Part shown: positions 14,445 to 18,464 of the stretch, piece after piece
Layout of the letters: every line of letters begins with the position of its first letter
How positions within the stretch are numbered: position 1 is the stretch's first letter
NCBI GenBank assembly: GCA_036338595.1
Contig: JAYZBV010000007.1
Span: 1-18,464 of the forward strand
Length of the DNA stretch: 18,464 nt
Source: Planctomycetota bacterium
GTDB taxonomy: Bacteria; Planctomycetota; UBA8108; UBA1146
Direction: 5' to 3'
The notes under the pieces: model-generated
Databases searched by the model: none
The model's input: the letters and a program-made list of their open reading frames with translations, nothing else
What the model was told of the DNA's origin: nothing
Made by a program: the position numbers and the translations under genes

Positions 14445-17400
14445 AAGTTGTTTTTGATCACAACCATGCTCGCTTTTTCTGCCACTGGCCTGTGGGCGCA
14501 AACTGGCGGAGACGAGTGTGTTGTTGCTGACGATATCGCCGTTGCTGGATTTGGTACCTACGTCGTTGCGATGACAAACGTCGGCGCGACCACCGGAACC
14601 GATCCTGCTCCCTCAATTCCCTGTGCAGTTTTTGGCCAGAATACCGATGACATCTGGTTCTCTTTTGTCCCGGATGCCGATGGTGCCATCGATGTCACCA
14701 CCTGCGATCCAGCAAGTTGGGACACCGACCTGCTTCTCTACGATGGATCTGGCGGCTGCGGAGCTCTTCTCGAGTTGGCCTGCAGCGGAGATGCCGTCAC
14801 CAATCCTGGTCCATGCCAGGGCTTCTACTCCGAATTCGATGCGCCGACTGCGGTCACCGGAGGAGTCACCTACTACCTCCGAATCGGTAGCTGGGGTGCC
14901 GCTGGATCTGGTGGAGCTGGCAACCTGACTATCGATTTCTTCGCCGTGGGAGCTGAAATCTGCGACGACGGCGCCGATAACGATGCCGATGGCCTCATCG
15001 ACTGCGCCGATCCTGACTGCATCGGGGTCGGTCTCTGTGGACCCGAGATTTGCGACGACGGATTCGACAACGATGGAGACGGTCTCGTCGACTGTGCCGA
15101 CATCATCGATTGCCCCATTGGATCCCCGCTTTGCCCCCTTGTAAATAACGATGAATGCCTCGGTGCCATCGCCATCGGCCCTGCCGCCGCAGGATTCGGA
15201 GTCTACACGGGATTCATCGATTCGACGCAGGCGAGCGCTTCAGCGAACCCGATTCCAACGATCCCCTGTAATGTGCTGGGAAACCTGGACAACGATGTCT
15301 GGTTCTCCTTCACTCCTGACGCCGATGGCGCCATCACGGTTCATACCTGTGACGCGGCCGGCTACGACACGGATCTGGTCGTCTATGAGGGCGCCGATTG
15401 CACGACGATGGTCGAAGTTGGCTGTAACGGAGATGCCACGATCCTCGTCGGATGCCAGGCGTTCTACAGTCACATTCCTGGCATTTCCGTCGTCGGAGGA
15501 CAGACCTACATGATAAGGGCTGGCTCCTGGGCCCTTGGTGTCACGGGCACGGGTAACATCACGGTCGATTTCTTCTCGATCTCTCCGGAGGTCTGCGATG
15601 ATGGCATCGACAATGATGGTGACGGTCTCATCGACTGTGCTGACACTGTCGACTGTCCCTTCGGAATCCCCCCCTGCGATGCATCAGCCAACGATGAATG
15701 CGATGCCGCGACGGTGATCGATGTCTCAGCAGGTGCCGGCACCTACACCGCATTCATGGATTCGACGCTGGCTTCTGCTTCGGCAAACCCACCCCCGGCG
15801 ATCCCATGTGCGGTCGCCGGTGCTTTCGATAACGATATCTGGTTCCAGTTCACTCCCCCTGTCGATGCGGTCGCCGAGATCCACACCTGCGACCCTGCAG
15901 GTTGGGATACTGACCTGCTCGTCTACGAGGGTCCGGATTGTGCCAGCATGGTCGAAGTGGCCTGTAACGGCGATGCAAATATCATGGCCGGATGCCAGAT
16001 CTTCTACAGCCATGTCCAGTTCGTTCAGTTGACCGGCGGCAACACCTACTTTGTGCGCGTCGGTTCCTTTGGTACTGGAGCCACCGGTACCGGAACACTG
16101 ACCATCAATATGGTCATCCCCGCTGCCGAGATCTGCGATGACGGCATCGATAACGACCTCGATGGATTCATCGACTGCACCGACCCGGATTGTTTCGCAG
16201 ATCCGAGCTGCGTCATCACAGATGGGGACGAGTGCTTCAATGCGCTTTCGGTATTTGAAGGTGCCAATCCCATCGACACCTCCACATACACGCTGGGGGC
16301 CGATCCGGTCGATTACGGTCTTTGCCCCGGTACCCTCGGTGGCAACATGGATCAAGATGGGTGGTACAGCTGGGTCGCTGCCAATGATGGCGCTCACTGG
16401 ATTCATACCTGCGATCCGACTGGTTTCGATAGCGACGTGATCATCTACGAGGGTGCCTGCGACGCTCTGGTGCCGGTCGCCTGTAACGGTGACGACAACC
16501 TTGGACTGATCACTGGTTGCCAGGCATTCTTCTCGTTCATCGAGTTCAACGCCGTGGCAGGAATCGAGTACAAGATACGTATTGGCACCTGGGGAGCGGG
16601 TGGTGGTTTGGGTACCCTGAACATCGTTCCGCTTCTTTGTCCGCCGATGGCAGGGCTTGCCGCAGCCAGTGATTGCACCACCGGTGATGTCACTCTGGGC
16701 TGGACCGCAAACGCATACGACCAGATCGAGATCCTCCGGGATACGGTGCTGATCGATACCGTCGACGGTTCCAATACATCCTATATTGATCCAGGTCTGG
16801 CCTCGGGCAGTTACGTCTACCAGGTCCAGGGAGTCTGTGGCGGCAATGTTGGTGGATCCCAGACGATCACTGCCAATGTTGCATCTTACGGAGGTGAAGC
16901 TCATGTGATCTTCGCCGTTGAGGGTATTGACGATACCGACAGTGTTGCGGCTCTTCAGGCTGCCTTCGATGCCAACGGGATCGGTTATGTGACCACCACC
17001 CTGGGACCCGCTGAATGGGGTTGCCTCGGTAGCGACAGCGTCCAGTGTGCGTGGATGATGTGCGGCACGTACCCCAACGATTACCGCATCAACGATGCGG
17101 ACGGCACAGCACTCGCCTCTGCCGTCGAGAATGGCAAGGGTGTCTACTTCGAGGCCGGAGATCACTGGGGCTTTGCTCACCTGGTCACCGCATACGACAA
17201 TTACGATGGTGTCGATCAAGGAAACGTAGCCGATGGCGATGATTCCTTCACCGCCATGGACGGATACGACTCCGGATTTGGACTCGATGTCAGTGACTTC
17301 ACCGGCACCGCCTACAACCAGGCGAATCCAGGCAACGACTGGACTGACCAGATTCAGCCCGGAGTAGGATCCGGTGGCCCCAATGTCGCTCAGATCTGGA

Positions 17401-17840
17401 GCAGCGTTGGTGGTGGATTCGGCACGGGCAACTTCTACGCCACTGATGATCCGTTCGGAAATACCATCTCTCAATCGTGGGAGTTCGGTGGATTCGGCGG
17501 CGATCAGGTCGACCTGGTAGCGCGCTACATCGCAGCGATGTGCGGCGGCGCTCCTCCTGGAACCGGGTTCCAGAGAGGCGACGCCAACGGCGATGGTGCG
17601 TTCAATATCGCTGACCTGATCTTCCTGCTCGCAGCACTCTTCTCGGGTGGACCGGCTGGGGACTGTGGCGATGCGAATGACGTCAACGATGACGGCAATA
17701 TCAACATTGCCGATGCCATCAACGGTCTCGCTGCACTGTTCAGCGGTGGTCCTACTCCGCCCGACCCGAGTCCGGGTGCGTGCGGTTCGGATCCCACCGA
17801 CGATACGCTCGACTGTGCTTCTTACACAGCCTGCCCCTGA
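14439..17840 (+). CDS. Large secreted Cys/Asp-rich surface protein: 4 beta-rich repeat domains, 4 EICDDG-x-DND-x-DG-x-x-DC-x-D Ca-binding-type repeats, FN3-like, alpha/beta domain, C-terminal dockerin-like domain
   Basis: 1133 aa. Signal peptide [21 protein letters not shown]. Four ~145-aa repeats (DEC..A...D.W(F/Y).F...TCD...DTDL..Y.G..C.....CNGD...C..FYS...Y.IR.GSW). Acidic Cys repeats at 14955, 15045, 15588 and 16128. Dockerin-like [14 protein letters not shown] / [12 protein letters not shown] from 17568. Confidence 0.9.
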   Translation: MRKLFLITTMLAFSATGLWAQTGGDECVVADDIAVAGFGTYVVAMTNVGATTGTDPAPSIPCAVFGQNTDDIWFSFVPDADGAIDVTTCDPASWDTDLLLYDGSGGCGALLELACSGDAVTNPGPCQGFYSEFDAPTAVTGGVTYYLRIGSWGAAGSGGAGNLTIDFFAVGAEICDDGADNDADGLIDCADPDCIGVGLCGPEICDDGFDNDGDGLVDCADIIDCPIGSPLCPLVNNDECLGAIAIGPAAAGFGVYTGFIDSTQASASANPIPTIPCNVLGNLDNDVWFSFTPDADGAITVHTCDAAGYDTDLVVYEGADCTTMVEVGCNGDATILVGCQAFYSHIPGISVVGGQTYMIRAGSWALGVTGTGNITVDFFSISPEVCDDGIDNDGDGLIDCADTVDCPFGIPPCDASANDECDAATVIDVSAGAGTYTAFMDSTLASASANPPPAIPCAVAGAFDNDIWFQFTPPVDAVAEIHTCDPAGWDTDLLVYEGPDCASMVEVACNGDANIMAGCQIFYSHVQFVQLTGGNTYFVRVGSFGTGATGTGTLTINMVIPAAEICDDGIDNDLDGFIDCTDPDCFADPSCVITDGDECFNALSVFEGANPIDTSTYTLGADPVDYGLCPGTLGGNMDQDGWYSWVAANDGAHWIHTCDPTGFDSDVIIYEGACDALVPVACNGDDNLGLITGCQAFFSFIEFNAVAGIEYKIRIGTWGAGGGLGTLNIVPLLCPPMAGLAAASDCTTGDVTLGWTANAYDQIEILRDTVLIDTVDGSNTSYIDPGLASGSYVYQVQGVCGGNVGGSQTITANVASYGGEAHVIFAVEGIDDTDSVAALQAAFDANGIGYVTTTLGPAEWGCLGSDSVQCAWMMCGTYPNDYRINDADGTALASAVENGKGVYFEAGDHWGFAHLVTAYDNYDGVDQGNVADGDDSFTAMDGYDSGFGLDVSDFTGTAYNQANPGNDWTDQIQPGVGSGGPNVAQIWSSVGGGFGTGNFYATDDPFGNTISQSWEFGGFGGDQVDLVARYIAAMCGGAPPGTGFQRGDANGDGAFNIADLIFLLAALFSGGPAGDCGDANDVNDDGNINIADAINGLAALFSGGPTPPDPSPGACGSDPTDDTLDCASYTACP

Positions 17841-17911
17841 TCGGGTGGGCACAGGGTAGTCCGCGGGGTTGGTTGCAACGCCCGGACTGAATGCTCATGT
17901 GCTGGATGCAC

Positions 17912-17954
17912 ACGGGGGGCCTTTCCCATTGGGGAAGGCCCCCCGTTCTTTATT
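17912..17954 (+). terminator. Rho-independent terminator
   Basis: 16-bp stem ACGGGGGGCCTTTCCC / GGGGAAGGCCCCCCGT (one G-U pair), ATT loop, followed by TCTTTATT, about 70 nt after the stop codon. Confidence 0.88.
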
Positions 17955-18221
17955 CCACTCTCTCCAGAACGCCGACCTCGCTCTCCACCATTCACAACAC
18001 TACTATGGAACCAAGATCGTTGCAGGAGTCGATCTCTTACTTGAGGTTCACTCTCGCAGTGCTTGGGCTCGAGAATGAAAAACAAAAATGAGAGTTGCGA
18101 TTCACCGATTCACACCGATAGGCGTGCCTTTGTGAACCTCCGGCGATTCATCGCTGCATCGGGAGTTTCCCTCGATGGTGTCGCTTTGAATGGCTCGGAC
18201 TACAGGAAGTCGAGGGAACGA

Positions 18222-18464
18222 ATGCGTCAGTTATTCTTGATCACCAGCATTCTCGCTTTTTCTGCCACCAGCCTTTGGGCGCAAACCGGCGGAGACGAGT
18301 GTGACGTCGCTGATGTAATTTCGATCGCTGGTTTCGGGACCTACGCCATAGCGATGGATAACACCACTGCAACAACGGGAGTCGATCCGGTCCCGGTGAT
18401 CCCATGTGGTGCCTTCATGGGCATTTTCAATCAGGACATCTGGTTCTCCTTTGTCCCGGATGCC
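18222..18464 (+). CDS. Tandem paralog of the 14439-17840 surface protein, N-terminal 81 codons; runs off the right edge
   Basis: [81 protein letters not shown] is colinear with [41 protein letters not shown]...[10 protein letters not shown]. Not in the ORF track. Confidence 0.93.
   Translation, partial: MRQLFLITSILAFSATSLWAQTGGDECDVADVISIAGFGTYAIAMDNTTATTGVDPVPVIPCGAFMGIFNQDIWFSFVPDA

Noticed and set aside
15726..17852. 708-aa - strand ORF
   Set aside because: Antisense shadow of the repeat surface protein. Long stop-free antisense frames are expected in GC-rich, codon-biased genes.
17822..18091. Short ORFs (66-87 aa) between the tandem paralogs
   Set aside because: They span the terminator hairpin, lack an RBS and have no protein-like features.

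Overview
GC-rich bacterial window, probably from a Planctomycetota genome (inferred from the C-terminal 'F-x-RGD-x-N-x-D...C...DPT-x-D-x-L-x-C' dockerin-like tails). Left arm, minus strand, one co-directional run: thioredoxin-like secreted protein, divergent MurQ, a 64-aa small protein, a 731-aa secreted multidomain protein, a membrane-anchored helical-repeat protein, and the start of an AA10 lytic polysaccharide monooxygenase that the ORF track misses. The 731-aa protein has an N-terminal domain that aligns by eye with the lysyl oxidase catalytic domain, then FN3-like, cohesin-like and dockerin-like modules. Centre, plus strand: late menaquinone (futalosine-type) genes menG, hypothetical, ubiX and mqnP, then a degenerate DUF2723/TMEM260-like membrane protein. 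These converge on a minus-strand pair, ALDH7 (amaB-like) and a site-2 protease. Right arm: a 1133-aa Cys/Asp-rich repeat surface protein with the same dockerin-like tail, a strong terminator, and the 5' end of a tandem paralog with an identical leader. The best candidate for an undescribed system is a cohesin-dockerin surface assembly associated with copper oxidative enzymes (LOX-like plus LPMO). All family calls come from motif recognition by eye; no searches were run.
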